A stretch of DNA of 64,000 nucleotides from Guillardia theta CCMP2712 (GCF_000315625.1 NW_005434661.1:5764-69763), one strand, 5' to 3'; shown: positions 1-13,912, counted from the first letter of the stretch. The notes: generated from the sequence alone by a model not told the origin. Translations and numbers: made by a program.

Positions 1-2511
1 GTAGAAACAGACTTCTTGACCAACGATGAGACATTTCAAAAATACAAACACTTGATGGATCCTCCAGGGCTAAATTTGACGACGCTCCATTCTTCAAAAA
101 TTTTACAGATAATTACAGGAAATATGCCATTCGTGCATGGGCGGCAAGTGCAAGAGAAGCGGTTCTTGATTCAATCGAGCAGGCTAAGATTGATAAGGAA
201 CGAAATGCTCAAGTTGCACGAGAATATGAGGAGAATAAAGGTCAATCGTATGCTTGTTTTTGTTGCTGAAATAATCTTGAGTGGCAGGAAAGGAGGTCGA
301 ATTTGACGAAGATGACGACTCAGCTGAAGATGATTATTTAGATGATGAAGTTCCATCTGAGCAGAGATTGTTGTATGAGATGTGTGCATGGGGATGGAAG
401 ATGAGCGCTCGCACGCCGATCGGTTTAGAAAACTTGGGCAACACATGCTACATGGCGTCTGCTTTGCAGATGTTTCGCTGTGTCCCCGAGCTGCTCAAGG
501 CAATTTGCAATTTTGAGCCTATGCAGGAGTCTCGATCGCATGCGCTGTCGCAGAATTTGATAGAAGCGATGAAGTTGTTGTTCATGGAGCTCACAGAACG
601 CAAGGAATCAGTCTCGCCTCTCACTATGGTGCACCACCTACGCAATTATGCTCCACAATTTGCAGAGGTCGGCATGATGGGCCCTGCTCAACAGGATGCA
701 GAAGAATGTCTGTCAACCATGTTACAGGTAATCACATTGTGAACACGTCCGTGTGTAAACTTTCGTTCACCGTATGCAGGCATTGATTGGTCAATTCCCG
801 GGCAAGAAAAACAAGTGCCTAATCCGTGAGCTGTTTCAAATAGGATTGAAAAAAAAGATTCAGAATTCGGATCCAAATATCCCTGAAGAATCAGTCATTG
901 TAAGACAAGACATGTCCACAATTAGCACTGATCGATTGTTTGGGACATCAATCAGAAGGAAACAACCATGCGGTTGCCTCTTATCATTGACGCAAAGACT
1001 AACACAATTCACGATAGCATACAAAAGGTTTGTGAGCATCGAAAACTTTCTCGCTGAGTTTTCCTGGCAGACATTTAGTTACGAGATCCAGAAGCATTCA
1101 ACGGCAACAGGGTAAGCCTTGAAGAATGGCTACAGAGCTCAGCATGACCTTGCTTCAGAGTTGATGCCACATACAATGTGTCTACTGAGGTGACAGCCTT
1201 CATGGTTGGTTGAAATTTTATGATATTTGTATTTATACAGATCACTGAACTCCCCCCTTACCTGTTTGTGCACTTCGTTCGATTCTTCTGGAGAAATGTG
1301 AAGTATCGAAGAGACTGCTGCCTGTGATGTAATCTTCTTCTTTCTAGGATACCCAAAAGAAGGCTAAGATATGCCGTGACGTGCACTTTCCTGTTGTAAG
1401 ACGCCTCCATATTGCACGATTCTTTTGCTTGACCTCAGAAATCATTTCTCCTAGATTCTCGATCTGTTGCCATACTGCAGCCCAGAGTTGAAAAATCCGA
1501 TTGCTCGCAGCCTAGCCGAGCAGAAAGCTTCATACCTCCAGTCACATCCTGTAGGGCCACCAAATGGTGGTGTGGGGATTGGGCTGACAGAAGAATTTTC
1601 AGATCTGGGGAGACGGGGAAGTTGACGAGAATGAACGCAAGTGAGAGGAAAATTGCCCTTGATCTCCTGTACATTCAAACAGCCGCTCAGGTGGGCCGAG
1701 CTCGAGCAAGAAGAAATTCAGAATGAAATAGCAGAGGCAGAGCGTCTCAAGGTAACTGTTCCATTCCCGGGATCAACTTGAACGTGATTTTTTAGTCTGC
1801 CCTCGCTTCTGGTCGAAGCCTGAACGAGCAGGTCCATTGATGCTGAACTCTATGAGACAAATCTTGATACGTGACTTTCAAAGAATGAAGAGGATGACGA
1901 TCAGTTTGGCTACGGAGACGAAATGTGATTCAAAGAACCTGGTTTGATTTATCTTGCTCACCGGCTGTGAGAAGGGAGGATGAAATTCCAGCAAATTCTA
2001 CATCCGCGAACACCAACACCAACAACAAGACATCTTCACAAGGCGACAGGCTCGAAGGCTGTTCCTCGTAAGACAACAACTTGAGAAATGAAATGGCAAG
2101 TTGAGGCTGATCCATCAGGCGACCTCTTTCTTCCATCTACGAGCTCCGTGCAGTGCTCACTCATCAAGGTCGATTTGCGGACGCTGGTCACTACATCGCT
2201 TGGATCAAGACAGGTCGGCGCATGACCTGATCCTCTGATAGAACCAGTCACTTGTTTGGTTGATGCAGGCATCATGGAAAGAGCTTCTCCCAGAAGCGCA
2301 CTGCAGCCCATGTGGCTCAAGTTTGACGATGAGAAGGTAATGGTACAAGACCCTGTCCCCGCTGATCAGCTGCCAACAGATCTCATTGCATCCTGAAGAA
2401 GAAGTGAAGAAGACTTCAGGAGGGTCAGAGGGGCCCATTGCATACTTGTGTTTGTATGGGAGGTCAAGAGCACTCGCCGAGGGGTTAAACTTCGACGATC
2501 AGATACGTTGA
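1..2511 (+). CDS. USP14/Ubp6-like ubiquitin carboxyl-terminal hydrolase, multi-exon, probably 5'-incomplete
   Basis: Cys box GLENLGNTCYMASALQ (~422-470), QQDAEEC, LPPYLFVHFVRFFW (~1250), His box YELRAVLTHQGRFADAGHYIAWIK (~2138-2210), WLKFDDEK, GGSEGPIAYLCLY; TGA at 2509-2511; short GT-AG introns. Confidence 0.85.
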
Positions 2512-2572
2512 GCTGGAATTCAACGAGGCTCACGGAAAAAATGTGAAAGAAAGAATATTTATTGAATTATTC

Positions 2573-3403
2573 TCAATCGGTGAATAACACAACATCTTCC
2601 AGTTTCAGATTCCACTCAACAAAACGAGCGTCGTGGTCATATGAAGCTCCATTAGATCGAAGAATTTGCATCCATTCATTCCTCTCCTGCTGTGTGCAAA
2701 ATTTCCATGTAGAATTCTTGTTTGTTAGCTTTGAGCATAGTCGTAAGGATTGTGAGTTATCCCTTTCTTTGGCCACCCTTATATCTCCAGGGTGAAGAAA
2801 AGTAAATTGCCGCTGATGATTGCGGTGCACTTGGATCAGAACTCTGCCATCTGCCAACAATTGGCAGGAGGCTGATGACGGGGGCTTTCCGGATTCAGCA
2901 TACTGGAAGTGACATCTGCGCTGGGCAGTTACATCGGTCTTGGTGTCATTTCTCAATGGAACAGCTTTGACTGCAGAAGATGGTATCGCAGGCGCCTTGG
3001 CATTCTCGCCAAATGCAGATAAAACGTTCTTCGACTTGATGCTGTCTGCACGCGAGGAGGTGCAGGATGTTCCACGACGATTTTCCTTATTGTGCTCCAT
3101 TCTTATCTTCCTTCGTAGAGTCAAACTGAGTTTTGTGTGCGACATAGAACTCGCTAGGATATTCTGCTGCCGCATGTCCATGATCGAAGAGAAGGTAGTT
3201 TTGCTGATATCCTTCCTGTCAGCAGGGCATGGTGGAAGCAGGCCGGTATGGATGATTTCATTCCATTGCTTTTCATGCATGATGATCAAGGCGGAGGTTG
3301 AAGTCTGAGGGGAACTCAGAGCGAGACAGCAGGGAGGAGAGGTGGTGGGGGAAGACTGTGGGACTTGCTCGAGGAGGAGATGACTCGACGACGACTGACG
3401 CAC
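2573..3403 (-). CDS. hypothetical protein (possible C-terminal PH-like segment)
   Basis: 276-aa ORF; C-terminus ...WKFCTQQERNEWMQIL resembles a PH-domain terminal helix; start uncertain. Confidence 0.4.
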   Translation of the reverse strand: MRQSSSSHLLLEQVPQSSPTTSPPCCLALSSPQTSTSALIIMHEKQWNEIIHTGLLPPCPADRKDISKTTFSSIMDMRQQNILASSMSHTKLSLTLRRKIRMEHNKENRRGTSCTSSRADSIKSKNVLSAFGENAKAPAIPSSAVKAVPLRNDTKTDVTAQRRCHFQYAESGKPPSSASCQLLADGRVLIQVHRNHQRQFTFLHPGDIRVAKERDNSQSLRLCSKLTNKNSTWKFCTQQERNEWMQILRSNGASYDHDARFVEWNLKLEDVVLFTD

Positions 3404-4049
3404 GAAGCGCTCTCGTTGTGTAATAGAAGCTAGAGCAGAGTTTGACTACAAGAGTTTGACTGGGATCTTGCAACGACACATCATAATGGTGGGTATGTTC
3501 CGGTGGGTGAGGTCAAGTACCGGTACAATATCCTCACCTTGTCTGTCATAGGCATGGGTACTGAACAGACCAACGTTAGTTAGAGGGGTGATGGACACAA
3601 AGGGGTGGGTCCCGGATGCTCCAGGCACGTTGCCTTTTATAGTGAGGTACAAAGTATAACCCCACTTTATTGTAGTAAATGGAGGGGTACTTGACGGGGT
3701 ACAGATCTATCCGTGGCCCCTGCACGTCGGGCAATCCTGGTGCCAGTCAAACGTGCCACCCATCCCCCACGTGTTTGTACCACAGAAGAATCAGTTGATA
3801 TGGGCTTCAGACTGAACTACTGCAGGCAGTCGGACTCCGAGAGTCGAAATCGCCTCTTTTGGCTACCTCAACGACGGGCTAGAGTTGGGGGCCACTGGGC
3901 TTGTGTCACGGACGTCAGCACACCCGCCTCAGAGTCAGGCTTGATGGTGACCCGGAGTCGGACTCCCCCACCGTCACTGGTGACCGGGCCCATGGGGTTA
4001 CGTCCAAGTTTAGATTATTTAAATCTAAACCCAGCAGATTTTCTGCACT

Positions 4050-5365
4050 ATGGTGCCTGCATTGCTAAGCTTGTGCTGCTTCCTATCGCCTTCTCCCTTG
4101 CATGTTCGCAGAAGCTCTCCAGCTCAATATGACTCCTTTCTATCCCTCCGATCGTCGCGCCCCTGCTTTTCGCTCTCACCTGACTGCCTTCCAAGAACTT
4201 CGTTTATAAGTAGATATCGGGGGCTACGAACCCAAGGCAATGTAGCTTGTCAGGCGAAAGATGACGATCGGTTTGATGCATGGTTTGAGAGATCTGAGAA
4301 GAAAATGGAGCAAATAGAGGTATTTTCTGTCTTTCTGTCTTCTCCCGCCTCCTCTTCCCACGGAAACACATGAAACCTAATTTCGTGGGTGAAGAGAGCA
4401 TCGATCGCGGCCCCAGACTTTCTTTCGTCTCGATCTTTGAGCACATGGAGCTGCTGCTTGTGGAAAGTCGCGTACCTGTTCTCAGAAAATCTACAACAAG
4501 AACGGGTGATTGCTCCAGACCTGGCATTCGTGGCTAATCGAACCTTCGGTCAATCCAGTGAAATTATCCAGCCAAGCACCTTAAGTCTGAAGATTCCGAT
4601 CTCAAGTCACTTTCTTATATGAGATGGTAGGAGGCAGTAGCGTTGCACTTCTCTTCGCTTCGTCGTGGTGCCCTGCGTATGACAAGAGAGCTCCAATGCT
4701 ACACTCACCCACTCTGATCTGCAGATGCATACAGTTCCTGCCCTTGTTGCAGGCGTTTTTTTCAGCGCAAGTATGCAACTTATTGGCTGAATGCAATGCT
4801 AACTTAGTTGTAAATCAATATTTTATAGAACTCTGGAGAGCACAGCAAAGCTAAGGTGCATTTTTCTATGTAGATTGCGTCTAAACTGCGCGCAAGATAT
4901 CCATCATTTTTGTGAGCTCGGATTTCTCAGAGGAGGACGCAACCACCTTTTTCAAGTTTCAAGTTCATTTTGTTCTTTGTTCATTCTCAAACTTTGTCAG
5001 AAATGCTCACGGCGATTGGCTGATGCTTGACTACAAAAGCGCTCTTCGTTCCGAGCTGAAGCGAAAGTTCGGGTGCGTGCTTTTCAAGGAACTTTTCGGC
5101 CGGCTGATGATGGCATGCTGTAGAGTGTGGGCAGGAAAAGAGGCCTCGCAGTTTGGCACTTCCATAGCATCGTTCAAGTCGAGGAGAAGTGGAATCCCCG
5201 CGCTTGCAATTGTCGGATTAGACGGAGAGCTTGTCAACTTCTTGAACGCTGAGCTGGAAGGTTTCGAGGCTTTGATGTAAGTTTTCTGTGCAATCTGCTT
5301 GGATCTCATACTACAACAGACACTGGAATCCTGAATACTATGTCTGGCAGCAACTGAAACATTAA
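4050..5365 (+). CDS. nucleoredoxin/tryparedoxin-like thioredoxin, multi-exon
   Basis: Splicing GT(4677)...AG(4724) joins LLFASSWCPA to CIQFLPLL, giving a WCPAC active site; later IIFVSSD and SGIPALAIVGLDG motifs typical of nucleoredoxin-like domains. Confidence 0.7.
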
Positions 5366-5483
5366 AACGAGGTACGGGGGCTTCGAACTCACTTGTCTTT
5401 TACTAATTACAGCAATAGTAGACAGTATGCTCCGATGCCTCGGTCGATACATTCATGATCGGATCATCTCGTAGCGAAATTTT

Positions 5484-7025
5484 CAGAACTTTGAATCGGG
5501 TTGCTCGAATTCGTCGTAAGACAAAGAGCTGAATTTCTCAGCACTTTGACCATCACTATCAACACGTTTCCTGGTTCCTGGTGATCATTGCGAGGCAAAA
5601 AGAGAGACGATACTTACTCTCTTAACGTCGTGGTGCTGGCCATTCTTCCATCCTTGTTGTACATACGAATCGTGCGTACAAGCTCCTGTTCGCCTCTCAG
5701 AATTAGCAGGAATTACCATGGTAAATAACCTTGTCATTGAAGAAGCAACCAAACTCAGCGCTGAAGCTTTGAACGCCTGGCAACTTGTCTCCATTCTGCA
5801 CATCATCAAAATGCAACGCAAGTACAGAACAATAGAGATACTTTGTCTGATTCTGTGGAGAATGCTGCTTCAAGTGCCTTCTTTACCGCTTCCACTGGAT
5901 CCCCCTTGGAGCCTCCTGATTGATCGGGTTCTGCTTTTTCAACTTTGTCGAGGCTGACCTTGTCCAACTTCTCTGGCAAACACACCCAGCATCCACTTGG
6001 AAGCATGAAAAGCTTGCAACCATCGTCCATGATGATCGAATCTTCAACTGGACTGTTGACATCACTCCAAGAGATCTTTCTTGCAACTCTGTTGCGCTCG
6101 TCCAAAACTTGCATTTCCCTGCGAAATTTCTGGGTACCATCCCATTGATTCCCACTTCGTGCTGCAAACGTCATCTTTCCTCCTCCTAATCTTGCCACTC
6201 CCCTGAAATTTTTGCATCATTCAATGGCGTAAAAGCAGCTATTCATTTCACCTTCCAAATGCTTCTCCTCGATATTCCCCCAAAAGTGAAAGGAACGTCA
6301 TAGGGGGACGAGTGGGCTGCACATTGTCTTCAAAGTATTTGATCCCTATGAGCCTGTTTGCACCTGTCCAAAGGGTTTGATCAAATCAAAATTACACTCA
6401 AGAAAAGATTACCAACGCTCACAAATCTCTTCTCTTCATATAAAATAATCCTGCTGAGCTTTGATTCAAAGTCATAAAGTGCTAGACATCGGATCCTTTC
6501 TTCTTCCGACAGCGCAACAGACATTTCGATGCAGAACCTGGCAGTTCCTGGGACATCAGGAACCGACACCAAGGAGCTGTCGTAAGAATAGGAGCCATCT
6601 TCGGCACAGTGAAATTCATCGTTGACAGTTATCACAGACTCAGAAAGGCGGGGAGAAGTCTCGTTGCCAACCACAAGTCTTTGCTTTGCCGACTGCTGAC
6701 CTTCTTCTAGTTGAACCACGTCGATGGAGTGCTCAGTGACGAAGGGTGGAACATAGTCTCCAGTTTGTGGCGAGATATGCAGCGCCCTGCCCATCCAACG
6801 GCCGAGGTTGTAGTTCTTGAAGGCTTCCCACTCAGACTGGAATGGGAGTCGCTCCTCAGATTCCCTCCATTGCATTCGCGGAGAACAGAAACCATTGCGC
6901 TGCGCCCGAGGGCTCCCGATGCGCTTCAAGGTCGACAAGCCATGCCTTCCGGCCAATTTCAAGGGACTCACGCAAAAGCATGATGCACCGCCAAGTGCAC
7001 AACTCAGCAGGAGAAACAATTTCAT
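5484..7025 (-). CDS. plastid-targeted DUF3598-like protein, multi-exon
   Basis: MKLFLLLSCALGGASC-F bipartite presequence; EWEAFKNYNLGRWMG and R.R....YDFESKLSRIILYEE resemble cyanobacterial DUF3598 proteins; 3' end approximate. Confidence 0.55.
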
Positions 7026-7974
7026 AGAATGAAAGTCGCCACCTGCATCATGCCTCGTGAGTTACGACCCTCTTCCATGTATGTCTTGTTTCCTGTCCCT
7101 CCTTGGCTCCCCCTCCCTCCTTCTCTCCCTCTCTCCCTCCAAATCTTTCCTCACCTAAGCACTGAATCAACTCACCGATCTTATTGTTTTGATCACTAGG
7201 CTTTTGTGCTCGTCCGAATTCTCATAGCTTCTCTGTCTCTACTTCTTCGTGCTTTCGTCCCACCTCTATTACATTATCCTCCTTCCTGAATTTCCTTCAT
7301 CTCGATCTGAAAGTGCAAGTAGACATGAACTAAATCTTGATGTTTGATATCTGACTTGCGTTCGTGCATCTTCTTTCTCTCAATCTGTTTCTCTACGGAC
7401 AGCTGCTTCTTCCATTGCTGTTTAGCTGCTCTCCCCGCATTGTCGAGAATCCTCAATACAACCCACCCTTCAACACTTGTGATAACCCCACCCCGTCTAA
7501 TTACCAGCCGCTGCTACAAATCAGAAGCTAAATTGGACACCAGTACCCCCTCATTTGTGGAAGTCGTAATTGTTGCACCCTACTATTATGACCTACCCCT
7601 GCTGTTTAACCCCACCTTCTTAAATGCTGGAAAAGCACCGGGTAGATCTATTGAGGATCTTAACACCCCACCTACTGTATTACCTAATGCCTCATAGGAC
7701 CCCGAGATGCTCCATTGCAACAAGACTGGATCTTGTGAAACCTGCTGCACCCCCTCGTTCATCTTTACCCTCCAATAAGTCTGATAATGGTGGGTAGGGG
7801 GTACTCGGTCAAAGCACCGGGTCCTTTGTCGGTGAGAACAAGGGGAGAAATCAACAGCTGCGATCGCGATTGACCACCCGGGCATTGACGGATCGAAATG
7901 CAGGTGGGGGTACATGTAACTACCCATATATTGAAAAGACATTTGGGTGGTAGGGGTGGTCTTTCACTCTCGAG

Positions 7975-8786
7975 GATGGCATGTCGATGGCTGAGCGGCT
8001 TTACGGCGCGCGCGCCGCGTCTTCGGCCTCTTGTCTCCTCTCCCACCATGCTTCACTCCTTGTCTTCTCAGCTTTCTCGACTTATTCCACTGGCCCCTTC
8101 ACCAGTACGCAACAACATAACATCAAGAAGCATCACTTCCTTCAACTGCTTTCCTTCTATTGCCAGAGGCTTCGTCATCCCTTCCAAGGAAATGGGGAAA
8201 AAGCGGGGTTTCATATCAGCTACTGATTCCTTCAATCTTTGTGGTGCTCAGAACCAAGTGAGACAGTTTCGCACTTCTTCCCCGTGTCTTGAAAGAAAAC
8301 GAATGACCGGGGTTGTTGTAACCAATGGGGCTCAGAAATCAGGTATGTGAACTCTTTGAGTTGCCTGCCTGATCATGGGAATAACTTACATGACCTGTGC
8401 AGTTGTAGTGGCAGTCGAAAGATATTTTGTGCATCCCAAAGTCGGTATGATGATCAAGAAGAGAAAGAAGTTTATGGCTCATGATGAAGAAGACAAATAT
8501 CAGGTACTGGCTCGGGACTGTTGTTCGTATCTTACAGGTTTCCTTAAAGATTGGGGACCGAGTTATTATCGAAGAGCATCGTCCTATCAGCAAGAGAAAA
8601 CGCTTCATTGTTAGAGTTTGAATTATGTTGATCGTCAAACTGATGTCGCCGCAGGTCATTGGCTTGGCTCCATCCAAAATCCCAAGCTATTTGAGAGAGG
8701 AAGATAAGCAGGAGATCGATGCCAAATTCTCAAAGGAACACGTGGAATCAGAATCGGAATCAGCCAAACAATTGTCTGATAAGTGA
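7975..8786 (+). CDS. rps17: ribosomal protein uS17, organellar (likely mitochondrial), multi-exon
   Basis: RKRMTGVVVTNGAQKS / VVVAVERYFVHPKVGMMIKKRKKFMAHDEE / IGDRVIIEEHRPISKRKRF after intron removal; R/S-rich presequence. Confidence 0.85.
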
Positions 8787-8966
8787 TGTTGGAACATACA
8801 AATCGAATACCATTTAAAATCCTTGCTCATTGTTATTTCCATTTTTTCTTTCAAAATTCGAGCATGGCATGAAACTCTAGAAGTTGGCTTCATGAGGCTA
8901 CACTCTAAACTGAAAGATGTTCTCTCTTTGAAAAAGTAGATGGAGACTGCTGACAGTCACTTGAAC

Positions 8967-10425
8967 CTAGGCTTTGCCCATCGCCTTCATCATCGTCTCT
9001 CCGATTTTGGCTGGGGAATTGGTGACATACACTCCAGCTGATTCAAGGGCCTTGATCTTATCCTGAGCTGTTCCTTTACCGCCAGAGATGATGGCTCCCG
9101 CATGCCCCATGCGCCTTCCGGGTGGTGCAGTGAGACCTGCGATGAAAGACACGGCCTGCAGGGAATGGGTGAGTAACAAGAAAACCCTCAATCGTAAGAT
9201 TACCGGTTTCTTGATTTTGCTGTTCTTCATCACCTCGGCTGCTTCCTCTTCAGAGGATCCTCCGATCTCGCCTGTTATTCAGTCACATCAATGCCTGATG
9301 TTAATCAGAACAATGTCAACGGACCAATCAAAACAATCCCTTCTGTATCCGGGTCTTGCAAAAAGAATTCCACACAATCCTTGTGGCTGGTTCCATTGAA
9401 AGGATCTCCGCCGATACCGACAACAATGGATTGACCAAGACCCATCTATGAGATAAGATTCCTTAGAAAAGCATCCATTTTCATGGCAACTAACCTGAGT
9501 AGTCTGGTAAACAGCCTCGTAGGTCAACGTTCCGGAACGAGAGACGATTCCAATCTTGCCTTTGCTATGGATATATCCCGGCATGATACCCATTTTGCAC
9601 TCACCAGGCTTTAAGTCCAATGAATCTCTCAAAGGAAAATACTTGTGAAACGAAATACCTTAATGATCCCTGGACAGTTGGGTCCAATCATACGAGTCTT
9701 GGTGGACATATTCAGTGCGTGCTTCACCCGCACCATGTCCTAATAAAAGGTTATAAGCTTTCAAAGTTGAAAAGAAATGTGGATCAAATCACCTGCTGCG
9801 GGATTCCTTCGGTGATCACAACGACCTACAAAAGACCATTCAACATCACCATTAACTTAAAGGAGTTTTTGATTCAAATTCCATGATGTTTCTTCTGGTT
9901 TTGAAAAAGTCTCACCAGCGGAATCTCTGCCTCGATCGCATCAAGCGCTGCCCGCATAGCAAACGGGGGAGGAACGTAAATAACCTCACATGATGTTAAA
10001 AAGTAGCCGAAGAACACAATTTAGATCGATACAGAAGCATCTGGCTTAACGGCTTCTTTGGCTTCTCGCACAGTGTTGAACACTGGAAGCCCAAGATGGG
10101 TGGTACCTCCCTTCTTTGGAGTAACCCCTTTTAAAATGAACGTCAACATCCATAATATTCTGAACATTATGAGAACTTATACCTCCCACCATCTTGGTTC
10201 CGTAAGCAATTGATTGCTCAGAATGAAACGTTCCCTATCAAATCATCAGAAATCCTTCGCACAGGATGGTTGTTTCAATTCAGCAACCTGAGAGCCGGTA
10301 AAGCCCTGGCAGATAACTCGCGTGTCCTTGTTCACGAAAGGAGGTGGGCGTTGGCTCATAAACCTCTTGTTGGCCTTGAAGGTCCTGCAGAAACTGCGGG
10401 ACAGATCTCTTTGAAGAGCTTGCAT
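8967..10425 (-). CDS. SUCLG1: succinyl-CoA ligase alpha subunit, mitochondrial, multi-exon
   Basis: [64 protein letters not shown] (phospho-His motif). Confidence 0.95.
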
Positions 10426-11431
10426 GGTGTCTGCGACCGCAAAGATACAAGTCATGTTTGTGAATCGCATTCAAAACAATCAGCTTGAACAGACGAAATT
10501 CTAGATTTTTGGGCGGAAAAATGATCACATCTAAACCACTTTGCGTGCCGTTTCACTACGACTGTTCCAAGAAACTGTCCCGTATGCGAGCTTGAGCAAA
10601 GATTCCTTTGCATGTGGCTGGATATCTATGTAAATCTAAAGTTTTCTAATCAAAAGAACAAAAGAGTGAATGTAATGTCTCCTTGTATCAATCTGCCCAG
10701 CTGTGTTGGTTCTAAGGTCGTAACGAGATAAATGCTACGAAAACAATGTCTGAGAAGAACGTGTGTATAACTCATGACAGGCAGAGAACAATCGTCCAGA
10801 ATGAGCAGGAATTACTAGGCGAAAAGAACGAGAGGCTTGCATCAGGGTCGCTGCAGTCGCGACATGGCACCGTAGGGCGTATCAAGGTCAGCGACACCAT
10901 TGCTGCCGAAGATACAGGGGTCGGTACTGGAAGCTTAAAATGTATGGATTTTTAAAAATTGGTAAAACTGGTGCTATTTTTCTACCTGTAATCAACAACG
11001 TATTTTAAAATATACAAATACAATACAAGGAATTACAAAGATGATAATCTACAAAAATTATACTAATATTCATTGGTACTGATAAGTATCGATCTTACCT
11101 ACATGAAACAGTTCTTTGATATGTATATTTTGTACTGAATTTTCTTCTCCTCAAATCACACACCCTACAATATCCTGTGAATGAATGGGGTGCTGAGGGT
11201 AGTCGACGCTTTTCTTTTTTTTCGATCGTTCATCTGATAACGACTCAAGACCGGTCGTACCTCTCACTTACGTGGTGCTATAACCCCTACCCCACCTTCA
11301 TCCAGCAGGACTACCCCTTTCGTCCCTTGAAGCCTTTACGTTGCCACTTTGAAAGCCCTCTACCCCCTACCCTCGGAGGGGCCGCGGGCCTCCCGGTGGA
11401 CTCCGAGCCGCCGGAGATGATTGATGTTGAG

Positions 11432-11601
11432 TTGAAGTTTGAAGTTTGAAGTTTGAAGTTTGAAGTTTGAAGTTTGAAGTTTGAAGTTTGAAGTTTGAAG
11501 TTTGAAGTTTGAAGTTTGAAGTTTGAAGTTTGAAGTTTGAAGTTTGAAGTTTGAAGTTTGAAGTTTGAAGTTTGAAGTTTGAAGTTTGACGTTTGAAGTT
11601 T
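11432..11601. repeat. (TTTGAAG)n heptamer tandem array, about 24 copies
   Basis: Near-perfect GAAGTTT repeats read directly; a single GAC variant near 11588. Confidence 0.95.
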
Positions 11602-12290
11602 GGGGCTGCCGCAGTAGGTCCCTCGAGTCGGGCGTTGAGTTTCTTCTCCTGTACGGCGAGGAGTCCGCCCCGGCTTCTCTTCATGAATCGCCGCGATGCC
11701 AGGCGGCAGTGAGTTCAGCCGCACGGCAAAGCAGGTGGCGAGTGACTCGCTTCAAGTTGCTGAACTTGATTCAGTGAGAGTCCGATCTGCAGTGCCATGA
11801 TGGCTGCCGCCGCTGCAACTCAGTTGTGCTGGTCGTGTCGTTACCCCTGAGGGCCTCGGAGCCGTGTTGTAGCTAGATCATGGTACTGAGTTGTTATCGC
11901 TCAGGGAGCGTTTGCGAGTGCTTGGAGTTAGTACCCGGTAGTACCAGTCTGGCAAAACAGTTCAAGTGCAACTATCGGATCCCCGCATATCAACCCAGAG
12001 GGCTGAAGTTTGTAGTTCCAGAGGACAATGCATGGAGGAGACAGCAAGTATTTATAGTGGTATTATATTGACCTCAATTTTGATGATATGTGGATGGTCT
12101 AGCTGTTAGCTTATAGTTGATTACGTTTTTAGATTTTCATGTTAGCAGCGACAATGCGTTGGTGTTTTCTCAAACTGGCAGAATTACAGCGATATTTTTG
12201 TTTCTCATGGTTCTCTCAGATTTTGATGTCATCGGATATCTAGATTGAACCTTGGCAACCACTTTTGACCCGAGGAAGAACACCACCATC

Positions 12291-12774
12291 ATGAGCGAGT
12301 CTCAAGACATGGAAGGGAAGTATCGATCGATATACCCTGTCATCGATGAGCCTGTTGGGACTTCTGTGCCGTTTTTCCCACAAGTGGCAACTCAAGACAG
12401 CAAACCAAAAGTTCCAATGCTGGGGCAAGGGCAAGACCCTTCCAAGAGACTGGATCTTTCCATGTCCGAAGCTGATGCGAAGGTGACAGTCGACTTGGCT
12501 TACTGCTGTGCATGTGATCACACTTGCTATGCAGGCACTCATGCAGGGTTCTCACCCTGCCATGAAGCGACCCGACATCACCTCCCTCGTCAGACCCACA
12601 GCCTCCATCACCGAGATCCCTGGCGCTCCGTCGGCCGCAAAACGGCTGAGCGGGGCAACTAGTCTCAGGGATGCAGCGAAGCCGATTGAAAACGGAGCAG
12701 TACAGCGACAAGCGCTGGACAGCATCGTGTCACCCCTCACGAACAAAGAAGATACCTCAGATCGCTTCTCGTAA
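12291..12774 (+). CDS. hypothetical protein, two exons
   Basis: MSESQDMEGK... exon, GT-AG intron ~12484-12534, in-frame exon ending ...TSDRFS* at 12774. Confidence 0.4.
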
Positions 12775-12864
12775 TCGCACCATGCACATGTCTGACAGAT
12801 GGTGATCTTTTCCTCAGATTCCCCGCCGTCGTTTCTTTTGCTATCGGCTGGATTTTCCCTCCCA

Positions 12865-13794
12865 TGTGGTTGTGCGGCCTTCGATCTTTGTCATCTGCCA
12901 ATCGAACTTCAAGACTGCTTGGAGCCGCTTCTCTTTTCTTGCTTGTCTTGTATTGTACGCTTGCGCTTGTTCTATTTGCTAAGTGAGGAATTGCAAAGTC
13001 TTGAGTGAGGATATTAACTTCACTGCAGATACTATTGGCCAGATGATTGGTCTGGCAACGATCCTTCCTGTGTCCAATTCACGCAAGGACAGCAAGATTT
13101 CACTTCCAATCCCAACGGCAGTGCCCTAGCAATCCAAACGCTGCCTGCAACCAGTGCGGTCATTCCTAACATCACTCTATACACAGTCAATTGTGCATAT
13201 GTTACACAAACTCAGATCAGTGCGGACACCTCGACTTACAAGAACAGATCCTTTGTCGTCCGTGCTCTCTTTCCTACGACCCTAGGGGACGACTTTGGGC
13301 TGTATGTGCGGGACATTGGATCGCCTATCAGTACTTCTTCTGCCTCCTCTCCTGCACGAGCTTGGTTCCAATACTCCAACCCGGCCGTCAGCAACCCCTA
13401 CAAGGTAGGAAGCCCCAACTACGGCAGTCGTCCTCCTTGCCTGTCTGCAATGTGCAATGGGGTGTACGAGGCGCCAGCCTTCGCCAAGCAGGGATCCAAG
13501 TATGTTGCTACTGTGTCCCTGGGCTGGTGAGTTTTTCCATCTTGCTAGTTGCAGCTGAGCGCAGCATAGGTATCAGTACCAGATGGCCATCGGAATGTAC
13601 GCAATCACCAAGAACGCTCTCGAGCGCTCCTTCTGCATCGACACCTGCCTAATTGACAACATCCCAGACCCTAACAATCCTTCCAAGTAAGATCCTTCTG
13701 GCGACTCGCAGACACTGACGTGCCCTTGTTTTCAGAAATATCAACCCCTGTGCCGGCGTGTCTCTGGAAACATGCTCGGCAGCCAGCCACTGTA
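12865..13794 (+). CDS. hypothetical Cys-containing protein, multi-exon
   Basis: Plausible exons (e.g. IGSPISTSS...YVATVSLGW, YQYQMAIGMYAITKNALERSFCIDTC) bounded by GT/AG; start uncertain. Confidence 0.4.
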
Positions 13795-13912
13795 GACTAG
13801 CGAAAAGCAGCACGCAATGCACAGGATAACAGCACAAGATTGAGAGAAAATCTAGCTTCACTAGCAGAAATGCCAAATTATAGTACAAGGGAAAATTGAG
13901 AGGAGCATGTTT

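Noticed and set aside
11432-11601. True telomere / functional link to the WRAP53 gene in the same window
   Set aside because: The array is interstitial with genes on both sides, and co-location 40 kb apart carries no evidence
11311-11724. ORFs with LQTSNFK repeats
   Set aside because: Translation artefact of the 7-bp tandem array
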